The notes below the pieces were generated by a model. The model was not told where the DNA came from. It saw nothing but the letters and a program-made list of their open reading frames with translations, and did not search any database. Positions 11,740 through 24,767 of a stretch of DNA of 64,000 nucleotides are shown piece after piece (positions within the stretch are counted from its first letter, which is position 1; each line of letters opens with the position of its first letter). The DNA is from Acidisarcina sp. (GTDB taxonomy: Bacteria > Acidobacteriota > Terriglobia > Terriglobales > Acidobacteriaceae), in contig OZ240688.1 in assembly GCA_965199205.1 (NCBI GenBank), positions 68,276 to 132,275 of the forward strand, written 5' to 3'. The position numbers were made by a program, and so were the translations under genes.

Positions 11740-13926
11740 TCAGTGGACCACGGTCTTGGCCGCGGCTACATTGTCATAGCGGTCGTATGCGCGCAGCGTC
11801 ACGATATGTTCGCCCGCCACAGACTTGAGAGGAGCCATGAAGTCATAGTGTTCTTCGAGCGAGTCGGAAAGCATCCCGACCGGCTCGATGTACTGCCACG
11901 GTCCGGCGTCGACCGAGTACTCCGCATGGCCGATCGGCGAGGAGCTGTCCTTCGCCGTTGCCGTCACGTGGATCTTGTCCGACTCCAGGTGCGCCGAGAG
12001 CGCCGGAATCACCGGCGGCGCCGTGTCCACCACAAACCGCTCGCTGATCCGGTCCGCGGTCAGCGCCTCCCCGGGATTATGCGAGGGCGCATCGCTCGCC
12101 ACCACCTTGATCCGGTAGCCGGCGTCCGGCAGCAGCGCGGCATCGAAGGAATAAAACCGTTCCGTCACGTTGTCCTTGAGCAACAGCCACTTGTCGCTTC
12201 CATCGGCCTCGAAGTAAAGCGCAAACGATAGCTCGTCGCCATTATCGTCATGCGCCGCCCAGCGGGCGGTCACCGCGCTCTTGTCCCGGATCCCGGCCAA
12301 CGGGGCGTTGCTCGCACCGTCCCCGAAGCTGATGCCGGCACCCTGCGCGGAAGGGAAGGAGATGTTGACCTGCTGCGGTTGTTGCTGGATCTGGGCCTGC
12401 GCGTTCACCCGCGCTCCCGGCACGACGGCGATCTCATCCACCGCCGGCGCCACGTTGACCGGCAGATAGTTCAACCCGATCGAGCCGATCGAAACGCCTT
12501 CGTGCAACACCGCCTTCCACTGCACGAACCGCGCCGGCGGAAGCGCAAGGTCGCCCGAGTTCGGTGCCACCTTGACCCAGTCGCTCCAATCGCGCTCCGG
12601 GCTCTCCACGTTGCCGGACCGGGCCAGGAGGTCGAAAGCAGTCGAAGTGGCATAAGATTCCGCCCGGCCCCACTTCGAAAAAACACCGGCGTCGAAGACA
12701 TCGCTTTCGTAGGTCGCCTCAGGGTCAGCCGCGTGCGTCAGCAGGTACAGCTTCCCGCTATTCGCCGTAGCCACCAGGTAGCCCGTCGCGGAGTCGGCAA
12801 ACCCCACCGCCTGCGAAGCCTCCAGATGCGCCAGATCTTCAAACTCGCCGTTCTCATGAATGCGATAGATGCGTCCGCGGTTTCCAGTCGCCGCCAGCAG
12901 CCCCTGCGGCGTAGGCCGCAGCGCATAGACCACCGTCTCTTTATCTGACCAGAGCTTTCGCGGAGCGCCGCTTGCCGTGATCTCGTAGATCTCCGAGCCG
13001 TCCGTCACAATGCCATTCGAACTCGATGCCTGCACCGATCCGGGCTGAATGATCGTAATCGTCGCCGTGGCCGTAGCGATGCCTTGGACCGGCAGCGGAG
13101 GCAGCGCGCTCCGGTTCCGTTCCCCGACCGCGCTCGCCCAGATCACCTCTTTACCCTGGGCGTCCGCGCCGACAGCCACCGCCGTCACCTCCCGCTTCGG
13201 AGCGTCATAGACGATGAACCCCTTGCCGTCCTTGCCGATCCGGTAGATCAGCCCGCTGCCGTCCGACCCGACGATCAGGTTGCCTTCATGGTCGAAGGTC
13301 ATGCAGCGAAGATGCTGTTCGTCGCTCTTGAAAAACAGCTCCGGCTTGGCGCCCGGCTGCTTCGGATCTACCCGGTAGACAGCCGCCGGTCCGCCGGCAG
13401 CAATATAGAGCCGCCCAGCGGCGTCAAATGCCAGGTCCCAGATGTACTTCGGCTTTTCCGCCGTAGTCGCCGGCTCAAAGACCACGCTCGCCGAACTGTC
13501 GTCGACCGCAGGGCCGTCCGCCTTCAACCGGTACACCTTGCCGCTCGGCAGCGTGGCCGCATAGACATAGCCGTCGCCGCCCACGCGCACCGCCTGTACC
13601 GAAAGGTCCTTCGTCTCGAAGAGTTTCGTCGACTTCCCATCCGGCGAAACCTTCAACACCGTGGCCGGCGAGCCGGTTGCCACGTAGGCATTTCCGGCGG
13701 TGTCAGAAGCCACCGACCACACATAGGTCGACGGAGTCGTAAAGACCGTGCTCACCTTGGGACCCGGAAGGATCGATCCATCGCTGCCAATCGCCACCCC
13801 CTGGGGCCGTCCCTTCTCGAAATCCTCAAACCGGGACTGGGTCCAGAGATGCGTTCCCTGGGCGTGGGCGACTAACCCTGAAGTAAGGAGGAGAAGAAGG
13901 CGGGCGGCGAGCCGGATTCGAGACAT
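11740..13926 (-). CDS. Exported beta-propeller protein with C-terminal Fn3/Ig-like domains
   Basis: Signal peptide (LLLLLTSGLVAHA|QG); about 7 blade repeats such as YVWSVASDTAGNAYVATG and YIWDLAFDAAGRLYIAAG; C-terminal beta-sandwich motifs (LPDAGYRIKVVASD, VDTAPPVI, HIVTLRAYDRYDN). Confidence 0.75.
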   Translation of the reverse strand: MSRIRLAARLLLLLTSGLVAHAQGTHLWTQSRFEDFEKGRPQGVAIGSDGSILPGPKVSTVFTTPSTYVWSVASDTAGNAYVATGSPATVLKVSPDGKSTKLFETKDLSVQAVRVGGDGYVYAATLPSGKVYRLKADGPAVDDSSASVVFEPATTAEKPKYIWDLAFDAAGRLYIAAGGPAAVYRVDPKQPGAKPELFFKSDEQHLRCMTFDHEGNLIVGSDGSGLIYRIGKDGKGFIVYDAPKREVTAVAVGADAQGKEVIWASAVGERNRSALPPLPVQGIATATATITIIQPGSVQASSSNGIVTDGSEIYEITASGAPRKLWSDKETVVYALRPTPQGLLAATGNRGRIYRIHENGEFEDLAHLEASQAVGFADSATGYLVATANSGKLYLLTHAADPEATYESDVFDAGVFSKWGRAESYATSTAFDLLARSGNVESPERDWSDWVKVAPNSGDLALPPARFVQWKAVLHEGVSIGSIGLNYLPVNVAPAVDEIAVVPGARVNAQAQIQQQPQQVNISFPSAQGAGISFGDGASNAPLAGIRDKSAVTARWAAHDDNGDELSFALYFEADGSDKWLLLKDNVTERFYSFDAALLPDAGYRIKVVASDAPSHNPGEALTADRISERFVVDTAPPVIPALSAHLESDKIHVTATAKDSSSPIGHAEYSVDAGPWQYIEPVGMLSDSLEEHYDFMAPLKSVAGEHIVTLRAYDRYDNVAAAKTVVH

Positions 13927-13961
13927 GCTGGACTTCAGTCTACTAGAGCCTCTCGATCGCC

Positions 13962-15179
13962 CTAGGGAGGCGACACTTCCATCGGCCCTGGCACATCCGA
14001 AGCCCGGGCCACGGAGCCCAGCCGCTCGGGCCCGTCGCCCCATCGCCCTCGCAGCATCCGATTCATCGGCTCAGAAAAAAACCGGGCCACGACCTCGCCG
14101 AGCACGCCCGCAAAGACGATCGTGCCCACGAACAGGATCGGCGTCCAGCGAAGCCGTCCGCCGGCTCGAGCAAACAGCCCAAAGAAACCGAAGACGACAA
14201 ACATGTGCGTAAGGTAGATCTCGTAGCTGCGCTGGCCAAGCTTGATTACCGGGCGCAGCGATCGAGAAGAAGTTCGCCATGCAGATTGCGCCGCGGCCGC
14301 GATGACCAGGCACGTACCCGCAGCCAGTACCGTCATATCCAGACCGCTCCGGCCCAACACCGATCGCCCGGCAAAATCTGAGAAACCCAGGCTGAAGATC
14401 AGCAGACTTAATCCCAGCCCCAGGCAAAAACGCATGACCTTCCGTGAAAATCGCCGCCGAGAAAGGAACAGCGCCGTCAAGCATCCCAGAGCGATCGCAT
14501 CCATGCCGCCGAGGTAGGAGTATTCCCGCCAGACCTCGTTGCCGTGAGTGAAGACCGTCCGTGCAAATGGCCCCAGCGCCACAAAGCCCAGCAGCAGGCC
14601 GGCCAGCAGCCGGCTTCCGCCGAGCAGCCGGCAGATCAGCGGAAAAAACAGATAGAACATTTCCTCGACCGACAGCGACCACAGAACGTCCCAGTTCCCC
14701 GGCAAATACCCGCGCCTCGCCTCCAGCACATTGACGTGAAACGTCAGCGCGGCCAACAGAGCGCGCCCAAGTCCTCCCGTCTTCGCCGAGACGATGAAAT
14801 TCGGCGCCTGCGCGAGATGCAGAATGCTCAGCACAGCTAAAAGCGACAGAAGCAGCGGCCCGATGCGCGCGAAGCGCAGCAAATAGAAGTCGCGCATACT
14901 GACCTGCGAAGGCGGTCCCCAACGCCGAAGCGCGGTTGCAGTGATCAGGAATCCCGACACGGCAAAGAAAATCTGCACCCCCGGCTGGCCGTTCCAAACC
15001 AGCGAAGAGACCAGTTGGTGCGGCAGGCCTTTGCTGTAAGGGATGTGAGCCAGCACCAGCCGCATGTTGACGTGGTTCATCAGCACCAGGAAGATCGCCA
15101 GCCCGCGCAGCAGGTCGACTCCGTCCAGCCGGGTCCAGCTGCGTGCAGGCGCCGCAGACGACACTCCTTCCGCCATCAT
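13962..15179 (-). CDS. Acyltransferase family 3 (OafA/YrhL-like) membrane protein
   Basis: LDGVDLLRGLAIFLV, GVQIFFAVSGFLIT, FYLLRFARIGP, WSLSVEEMFY, SYEIYLTH; start overlaps the upstream stop (ATGA). Confidence 0.88.
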   Translation of the reverse strand: MMAEGVSSAAPARSWTRLDGVDLLRGLAIFLVLMNHVNMRLVLAHIPYSKGLPHQLVSSLVWNGQPGVQIFFAVSGFLITATALRRWGPPSQVSMRDFYLLRFARIGPLLLSLLAVLSILHLAQAPNFIVSAKTGGLGRALLAALTFHVNVLEARRGYLPGNWDVLWSLSVEEMFYLFFPLICRLLGGSRLLAGLLLGFVALGPFARTVFTHGNEVWREYSYLGGMDAIALGCLTALFLSRRRFSRKVMRFCLGLGLSLLIFSLGFSDFAGRSVLGRSGLDMTVLAAGTCLVIAAAAQSAWRTSSRSLRPVIKLGQRSYEIYLTHMFVVFGFFGLFARAGGRLRWTPILFVGTIVFAGVLGEVVARFFSEPMNRMLRGRWGDGPERLGSVARASDVPGPMEVSPP

Positions 15180-15967
15180 TCCGCCTCCTGCAGCAGCGAA
15201 TACAGGCGAAGCTCTATCGATGCCTCGGCCACCGCCAGCGCGCCCATAACTTCCTCGGCGGGCGCGAGATGGTGCAGGCGCCAGGCCTTCGTCAGCTTCG
15301 ATTCCGGCCGGGCCGCCAGCAGCGCCGCCCGCTCCTCCGCCAAGAGAGACACGTCGAAAGAGTCCAGAGGAATGCGAAGCCCGGCCCCTTCCGCCTTGAG
15401 AATCGACTCCTTTCGCGTCCAGCAGCGGTAAAACGCCTTGAGCCACTCGTGGCCGGAGAGAGTGCTTAGGCGAGTCACCTCCGCTGGAGAAAAGAACCGT
15501 TCGGCCACTGCAGGCTCAATCGGACGCAGATCTTCGACATCCACGCCAAGCTCTCGACCGAGAGACACGGCCAGCAGGGCGGTGCCCTTGCTATGGCTCA
15601 GGTTAAAGCAAAGAGAGTTGCCGGGCGCTTGGTCGGCGAGATGCGGCTTGCCACCGCTCCCTTCCAGAAAGTTGAGCGACTCCGGCGCAAGCAGCAGATA
15701 GCTGCCCAGGATCCTGCGCATATTCGCATGGCATACCGCATAGCGAATCTGGTCGGGAGGAAATCGGTACCGGGCTACTCGTTGCCGCTCGTAATCGTTC
15801 AGAATGCCGAGGTCCCTCCCGGCAGGCTCACCGGAGCCCGCAAAACTCCAGGCCCATACGTGCACCTCATCGGCGCTTATCTTTTTGATCAGGCCGCTTA
15901 CCGGCCAGAGCAGCGCTTCGGGTTGATAAGAGATTTTTGAGGCCATCACGCTCTCCGTCGAGATCAT
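15176..15967 (-). CDS. 4'-phosphopantetheinyl transferase (Sfp-type)
   Basis: FNLSHS, LGVDVE, WTRKESILKAEGAGL; start uncertain (15946, 15967 or 16039). Confidence 0.9.
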   Translation of the reverse strand: MISTESVMASKISYQPEALLWPVSGLIKKISADEVHVWAWSFAGSGEPAGRDLGILNDYERQRVARYRFPPDQIRYAVCHANMRRILGSYLLLAPESLNFLEGSGGKPHLADQAPGNSLCFNLSHSKGTALLAVSLGRELGVDVEDLRPIEPAVAERFFSPAEVTRLSTLSGHEWLKAFYRCWTRKESILKAEGAGLRIPLDSFDVSLLAEERAALLAARPESKLTKAWRLHHLAPAEEVMGALAVAEASIELRLYSLLQEAE

Positions 15968-16051
15968 AGTACTGGTGACTTCCGGTAGTGCTTCCCAAGT
16001 AGCAGGTAGTTCGCCATAATCGGGGGTGTCCGGTAACAAGAAAGGTCTGCT

Positions 16052-16927
16052 TTGAAACTGCTGGCGAAATTTAATCTCATGCTCATCATCCTGTTCGGCA
16101 TAGGCCTCTTGCTTGTCTCGCAGCTCTCCCTCAGGTTCCTTGAGAATAATGCGCGCCAGCAGACGATCCAGCAGGCCAGGCTGATGATCTCGAGCGCTCG
16201 CTCAACCCGGGACTATACCGAGCAGGAACTCGATCCGCTCCTCGAGACCACACCCGCGAGCGCCGAGCGTTTTCTTCCGCAGACGATCCCTTTCTATGCG
16301 GCCACCGTAACCTTCAACCATCTTCGCCAGGAATATCCCGACTACACCTATAAAGAAGCGGCACTCAACCCGACAAACCTGCGCGACCGCGCCGACCAGT
16401 GGGAAGCCGATATCATCAACGAATTCCGCGACCATCCTGAAAAAACGCAATTGATCGGCGAAAGGCAAACCGTGACAGGTACTTCCATCTTTTTGTCACA
16501 GCCAATCGCTGTGGGGCAGGGTTGTCTGCAGTGCCATAGCACGCCGGCCAAGGCTCCCCCCACCGAAATCGGCACCTACGGCAGTAACAATGGTTTCGGA
16601 TGGAAGCTCAACGAGATTATCGGCGCTCAGATCGTTTCCGTCCCCACTGAGCTTCCGCTCAGCATCGCACGTAAAGCCTTCCAGACCTTGCTGCTGTACC
16701 TCTCTCTCACCTTTTTCGCAACCTTGTTAGTCATCGACCTCGGGTTGTATTACATCGTGATTTTGCCGCTCGGGCGGCTGGCGGCGACTGCCGACCTGGT
16801 CAGCAAAGGCGATCTCAGCCAGCCCGAGTTCGCGATCAAAGGCAAAGATGAGATCACAGAAGTCACAGCGTCTTTCAATCGAATGTATGTCAGCCTGATC
16901 AAGGCCATGAGAATGCTCGAGGAATAG
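16052..16927 (+). CDS. Membrane sensor with periplasmic Tll0287/DUF3365-like c-type heme domain and HAMP, no output domain
   Basis: TM1 at the N-terminus; YTYKEAALNPTNLRDRADQWEADII; CxxCH (GCLQCHS); GFGWKLNEIIGAQIVSVP; TM2; HAMP (PLGRLAATAD...DEITEVTASFNRM), then stop. Confidence 0.82.
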   Translation: MKLLAKFNLMLIILFGIGLLLVSQLSLRFLENNARQQTIQQARLMISSARSTRDYTEQELDPLLETTPASAERFLPQTIPFYAATVTFNHLRQEYPDYTYKEAALNPTNLRDRADQWEADIINEFRDHPEKTQLIGERQTVTGTSIFLSQPIAVGQGCLQCHSTPAKAPPTEIGTYGSNNGFGWKLNEIIGAQIVSVPTELPLSIARKAFQTLLLYLSLTFFATLLVIDLGLYYIVILPLGRLAATADLVSKGDLSQPEFAIKGKDEITEVTASFNRMYVSLIKAMRMLEE

Positions 16928-16962
16928 CGCGGCAAACCGGTGAGATGCCAACGTACTGGCGC

Positions 16963-18099
16963 TCACCCGCCTTCGATGGAGTGCTTTTGTCGCGTCATCA
17001 GGAACGCCTTGCGCTCGCGTTCCGAACCGATCTCCGTCGCTAGCAACGCATAAAGATCATCGAGCGTGACCGCTTCCTTGGCGGCTCGGTTGACCACCAC
17101 CTTGGCGATCGGCCCGATATATTGCGCTAACTCGCGGATGACGGCCGCCAGCACACTCGACCCGCTAAGGGTCTTGCTCACCCTGCCGGGGTTGGGCGTC
17201 GCATCTGCCTTTCGCGGAGTATGCCCGCTGGTCTCCCGAGTGAAAGCTGGAGACGGAAGCAGCGTCAAAGTCATGGTCTCATCGGAGTGGAGAGAGCCTA
17301 AAGCCTCTAAGTAGGCATCGGCAGTCTGGAAGCGGTCCTCAGGTGCCTTCGCCAACGATTTCATCACGATTGCCGAGAGGCTGGCCGAGATGTTTGGGTT
17401 GATCGCCGTGGGGTCGGTCGGTGTCTCTTTCAGATGGCCGCTCGCGATCGCATAGTCTCCCGCGCCATCGATCGGCGCTCGCCCGGTCAACAACTGGTAG
17501 AGCGTGACGCCCACCGAGTAGATATCCGAGCGGACATCGACTCTTTCTCCCATCACCTGCTCCGGAGACATGTAGAGCAGGGAACCTAGAATCAGTCCGG
17601 TGCGGGTGATGTCAGAGCTGAGGCCCTGAAACGCCAGGCCGAAGTCGAGTAACTTGATGCGTTCGTTCCTGGTGACCATGATGTTCGACGGTTTGATGTC
17701 GCGGTGGACCACGCCATTGCTATGGGCATAGGCCAGCCCGGAAAGGGTCTGGCGCATGTAATCGAGGCTCTGGCTCATCAGCAGCGGCCCCGTATTGAGC
17801 TTGGCCCGCAGGTTCAGGCCCTCCACAAACTCCATGATCATGATGAGTTCGCCTTTGTGGCGAAAAGCAGTGTGCAGGGCGGCGATATTCTGGTGATCGA
17901 GGCTCGCCAGCACCCGGATTTCGCGCAGGAATCTCCCGCTGATCTCTTCGGTGCCGGGCCGGTCCGAAAGCAGGACCTTCATCGCTTCAACCCGCTGCGA
18001 GATGGAGTGCCGCACCTGGTATACCTGGCCGATGCCGCCCGCGCCAAGCGTTCCCGTCACCTCGTAATCGCCGATCTGCTCCCCAACGTTGAAGGCCAT
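16963..18099 (-). CDS. Soluble Hanks-type Ser/Thr protein kinase with small C-terminal helical domain
   Basis: LGAGGIGQVY, AMKVL, HRDIKPSN, DFG, YMSPEQ, SDIYSVG; no TM segment; C-terminal LAQYIGPIAKVVVNRAAK. Confidence 0.93.
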   Translation of the reverse strand: MAFNVGEQIGDYEVTGTLGAGGIGQVYQVRHSISQRVEAMKVLLSDRPGTEEISGRFLREIRVLASLDHQNIAALHTAFRHKGELIMIMEFVEGLNLRAKLNTGPLLMSQSLDYMRQTLSGLAYAHSNGVVHRDIKPSNIMVTRNERIKLLDFGLAFQGLSSDITRTGLILGSLLYMSPEQVMGERVDVRSDIYSVGVTLYQLLTGRAPIDGAGDYAIASGHLKETPTDPTAINPNISASLSAIVMKSLAKAPEDRFQTADAYLEALGSLHSDETMTLTLLPSPAFTRETSGHTPRKADATPNPGRVSKTLSGSSVLAAVIRELAQYIGPIAKVVVNRAAKEAVTLDDLYALLATEIGSERERKAFLMTRQKHSIEGG

Positions 18100-18146
18100 G
18101 AGTATGCGCTCGCCCCTCCATCATAATGCCTGCTCTCCGACCGCCC

Positions 18147-19685
18147 TCAACGCGTGACTAGAGCCTCCCGAAGAAAATCGAAATTTCCCGAGCTCGAAAG
18201 CTTCACATTGCCCAGACGGCGATTGTGGACCACCACGGTATCCAGGTACCAGAGATTGACCGCCGGTAGCTCCTCCCCAACTATCTTTTGAATTTGAGCG
18301 TAAATCGGGGCACGGTCGCTCTGTTCCGGAGTCGCTGCCGCTCGTGCGATCAGGGCGTCCAGGACAGGATTGCTGTAAAATCCGCGGTTTGCCCCATGCG
18401 GCGGAGCGCTCGCCGTGGCGTAAGCATAGCGGAAAATGTCGGGGTCTTCGTTGCCGCCGATCCAGCGCAAGGTATACATCTGGAAGACGCCCTTGGAGAT
18501 GTCCGCGTAAAACGTGGCGAACTCGAAACTGCGTACCTCGAGCGCGATACCCACATCCCGCAGCTGCTGCTGCAGCACGACCGCTAGTGTTCGACCGGTC
18601 TCATCGGTAGAGGTCTTGATCGTCAAATGAAAGCGGATACCGTCCTTTCCCCGTCTCAGACCGGCCGCGTCCAGCAGGGAATTAGCCAGCTCGGGATTGT
18701 AGCCGTGTGTCGTGGTCTGGCCTGTCCACGCCCAATGATCTTTTGGTAGCAGGCTCTCCGCCAGCCGCGCGTGGTCCCTCCACAGTGCATGGATGATGAG
18801 CGGGCGATTGATGGCATAGGCGACCGCCTGGCGAACGCGCATATCCTTGAGAAATGGATCGCGAGTGTTGAAAGAAATGTAGTTCAAAATCGTGCCCGGG
18901 CCGCTTTCGACCGCAAGGCGCGAGTTACTCCGCAGCGCGTACACCTGGTCGGCGGTGAGTGCATTGACTTCGACATCCGCCGACCCTTTTTGCAGTTCCA
19001 GCGCCCGTGTGATCGAGTCGGGAACAACTGCAAAACGAACGCGCTCGATCGATGCAGGCGGCATCCACGAAGACGGAGCGCGCTCGAGGATCACTTCTTT
19101 GTCCTGTTCCTGCGAGACGAAGCGAAAAGGGCCGCTGCCAACCGGATGGCGTCCGAAGTCCCGGCCGCTGCCGTTTGGAATAATGCCGATCGCGCCGTCG
19201 GACAGACTCACGAGGAGCGCTATGTCAGGCTTTTTCAAACGAAAGATCACGGTGTGCGGATCGGGGGCATCGATACGGTCCACGTTCTTAAAGGCCTGCG
19301 ACTTGATCGTCGGTACGCTCCCATTCAGGATCGACCCGATCGTCCATTGCACATCCCTCGAGGTCAACGGCCGGCCATCATGGAAACGAACGCCGCTGCG
19401 CAGGTGGAAGATGTAGGTAAGCGGGTCGGGCGTCTCCCAACTTTGCGCCAGCCATGGCTGCAGGTTGAAATGAGAATCACGGCGGACCAGCGAATCGAAA
19501 ATCAAGGCATCGATATGTTCCGATTGACCATCGGTTCCGATCCGCGGGTCTAGGTTGGTCGGGCTGTTTTCGATGACCATCGTGACGGTCTTCCAGTCGT
19601 CCGATGCTTGATGGCACCCGGCCGGCAAACCCAGGCAGCCCAGCCAGCAACCCAGCAGGAATATGTTGACGCGATGACTACGCAT
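18147..19685 (-). CDS. ABC transporter substrate-binding lipoprotein, family 5 (Dpp/Opp-like)
   Basis: Lipobox LPAG-C; FHLRSGVRFHDGRPLTSRDV, GSGPFRFV, DMRVRQAVAYAINR; ATG 19685 overlaps the anmK stop. Confidence 0.9.
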   Translation of the reverse strand: MRSHRVNIFLLGCWLGCLGLPAGCHQASDDWKTVTMVIENSPTNLDPRIGTDGQSEHIDALIFDSLVRRDSHFNLQPWLAQSWETPDPLTYIFHLRSGVRFHDGRPLTSRDVQWTIGSILNGSVPTIKSQAFKNVDRIDAPDPHTVIFRLKKPDIALLVSLSDGAIGIIPNGSGRDFGRHPVGSGPFRFVSQEQDKEVILERAPSSWMPPASIERVRFAVVPDSITRALELQKGSADVEVNALTADQVYALRSNSRLAVESGPGTILNYISFNTRDPFLKDMRVRQAVAYAINRPLIIHALWRDHARLAESLLPKDHWAWTGQTTTHGYNPELANSLLDAAGLRRGKDGIRFHLTIKTSTDETGRTLAVVLQQQLRDVGIALEVRSFEFATFYADISKGVFQMYTLRWIGGNEDPDIFRYAYATASAPPHGANRGFYSNPVLDALIARAAATPEQSDRAPIYAQIQKIVGEELPAVNLWYLDTVVVHNRRLGNVKLSSSGNFDFLREALVTR

Positions 19686-20904
19686 AGGTAATGGCGCCAA
19701 GGATCGCCGGACGATTTGCACCCGTGGCCGCCGGTACATTGCCGGGGCGCCGGTGCCAGGTCTCATAAGCCAGCAGCGCAAAGGCGACGGCCTCCTTTGC
19801 CTGCGCCGGCAGCCCCGCCTGCCCGTGCGGCCGTCCGTCCGCCTGATCGCCTGCCTGATCGATAGACACGACTTTGCAGCCCAGGGGAGCGAGCGCCGCT
19901 CGTAGCCCCGCAACGAGAGTCACGTTCAAGGCGCCCCCGCCTGAGATCAGATAGTCGACTTGCGAGCTCCCCATCATCGGCCGCACAAACCGGTCGTACG
20001 CCGCCCGAATGCTCTCGACCGTCAGCGCCGTAGCCGTCGCGATCGCGTCCTCCGGATAGCCACTCATCGCTCGGCACTGCCGCAGAAAATCCGCCGCAAA
20101 GCCCGTGCCGAACTCCTCTCGTCCCGCACTCTTTGGCGCTCTCCTGCGAAAATAAGGATGCTTCATTGCCGCGACCACTACCGAAGGCAGGATCTTGCCC
20201 CTCGCCGCAAGCCGGCCGCGACGGTCGTATTGTCGATGAAAAAGTTCCTGCGTCACAGCATCAATCACCATGTTGGCCGGCCCGGTATCGAATGCCATAA
20301 CATCGGTCATCGACGCTGCCGCCGGAATCGCAGTCAGGTTGCCGATGCCGCCCAGGTTCTGCAGCACCCGGCCGTGCGTCGGATGCCGGAACATGACGAA
20401 ATCCAGCAGCGAGACCAGTGGCGCGCCCTGGCCGCCGGCAACCATGTCGGCAGGGCGGAAGTTCGAGACAACCGGCACGCCCACCTCCGCCGCAAGCATC
20501 GCCATCTCGCCAATCTGCCAGGTGCAGGGGAATCGTCGTTGAGCATAGCCACTTGCAGAAGCCTGGTGATAAATTGTCTGCCCATGGCATCCCACCAGTT
20601 GGATCTTTGCCGGGTGCTTCGCTAAGGTCTTCTGGACCGCCTCCGCATACGCCATGCCCAGCCGCCAGTTCAACCGCGCCAGCTCAGCCGTGGAGGTTGC
20701 CTTCGCATCCATCGCCGCAAGCACCAAGCTGCGCAGCGGCCTGGCAAAGGGGACCGAATGGTGGGCGAGTAATTTTACCCTTAACCCACTCGACCCGGGC
20801 CCGATGCGGACCAGCGCGACATCGATCCCGTCCCCCGATGTCCCGCTCATCATTCCGGCCACGGTCATCGGCTTCAATGCTGCAGCAATTTTTCCGCTCG
20901 CCAT
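19678..20904 (-). CDS. anmK: Anhydro-N-acetylmuramic acid kinase
   Basis: GMMSGTSGDGID, GCHGQTI, GGQGAPLV, NLGGIGN, FDTGPAN, KEAVAFALLA. Confidence 0.95.
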   Translation of the reverse strand: MASGKIAAALKPMTVAGMMSGTSGDGIDVALVRIGPGSSGLRVKLLAHHSVPFARPLRSLVLAAMDAKATSTAELARLNWRLGMAYAEAVQKTLAKHPAKIQLVGCHGQTIYHQASASGYAQRRFPCTWQIGEMAMLAAEVGVPVVSNFRPADMVAGGQGAPLVSLLDFVMFRHPTHGRVLQNLGGIGNLTAIPAAASMTDVMAFDTGPANMVIDAVTQELFHRQYDRRGRLAARGKILPSVVVAAMKHPYFRRRAPKSAGREEFGTGFAADFLRQCRAMSGYPEDAIATATALTVESIRAAYDRFVRPMMGSSQVDYLISGGGALNVTLVAGLRAALAPLGCKVVSIDQAGDQADGRPHGQAGLPAQAKEAVAFALLAYETWHRRPGNVPAATGANRPAILGAITYA

Positions 20905-20906
20905 CT

Positions 20907-21988
20907 CTACGCTCCCTGTTTTTCTGGCTCCGGGCACATCTCTCGAAAGGCCGCGACATCAGCCCGAAGCCGCGCCGTCTGGGACGGCGATGGCGGCTTC
21001 TTCGGGAAAAGCTGGCCGAAGTCGCCCTTGGCGGACATGACCTGACGACAGGCTCTGCTAACGATCTTCCGGAAAGCCCCGGACCCCTCTGCCTCCCCCA
21101 GCAACGCCTCGTAGGCGCGAAGGAGAAGCGCAGGGTCCTTGCAGATTTCAATCAGATGGGTACCCGCCAACAGCGCCTGGATCGCCGCGTTTTCGATCGA
21201 GGTATGGGTCAGAATGCCCCCCATCTCCATATCGTCCGAGATCACCAGGCCGCGATAGCCGATCCGCTTTCCCAGGACCTGGCCGATCCAATGAGGAGAA
21301 ACGGACGCCGGCAGACGGTCGCCTGTCCTCGGATAGCTCGCGTGCGCAACCATGATCATCGACAGGTGCGGCTTCAACTGGCGATAGGGAAGCAGGTCTT
21401 CACCCCATAACTCGTTCCAGCTCCTCTCGATGATAGGCGTGGCATGGTGCGAATCCAGATCTCCGCCTCCCAGCCCGGGGAAATGTTTGGCGCAACCCAA
21501 AATCCCCGCGCTTGCCAGCCCCTGTAGAAATGATTTGCCATAGCTCACCACCTCTTCGGGCTTTGAGAAGAAGGTGCGGGTGCGCATCACCTGGCGGGAC
21601 TCAGCGAGAGCGAGATCCAGCACCGGAGCAAAGACCGTGTTGAATCCCAGCGCATAGGCTTCGCGCCCGATCAGCTTTCCATGCTTCCGATACAGGCTCT
21701 TCTTTCCGGTGGCCGCGACCGCCGCAAGCGAAGGCATGGGCGCGATCAGGTCGCGCAGCCGATCGACCAGCCCTCCCTCCAGATCGACACAGTTGAACAG
21801 CGGCACGGTCGAAACAGCGCCGGCGTCTGCCAGCAGCTGATAGGTCTGTCCGGGCTCCTCGATATTTCTGCGGAAGAGGATCACGCCGCCTGGCTCGACG
21901 GTCCTGAGCCATGACTTCTCAAGAGCAGAGAGCCCCATGCCCTCAAGCCCCGCGATCAGCAGCTGTCCTACTTGCTTGCGAAGCACCT

Positions 21989-21992
<4 letters not shown>
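20907..21992 (-). CDS. nagZ: Beta-N-acetylhexosaminidase (GH3)
   Basis: GGVILFRRNI, DLEGGLVDR, catalytic KHFPGLGGGDLDSH, nucleophile ISDDMEM. Confidence 0.92.
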
Positions 21993-24661
<2,669 letters not shown>

Positions 24662-24767
24662 GGAAACGCCAGCATACCGCGAACGGCAGGCTGGCGCGTA
24701 ATCCGGCAAGGCAGGTTGCCTCCAACAGGCTCCGCGAGCGGGAGTCAGGTTGAAGAGCGCATGTGCA

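Noticed and set aside
10729-12231. 500-aa plus-strand ORF
   Set aside because: Antisense to lolE and the propeller gene.
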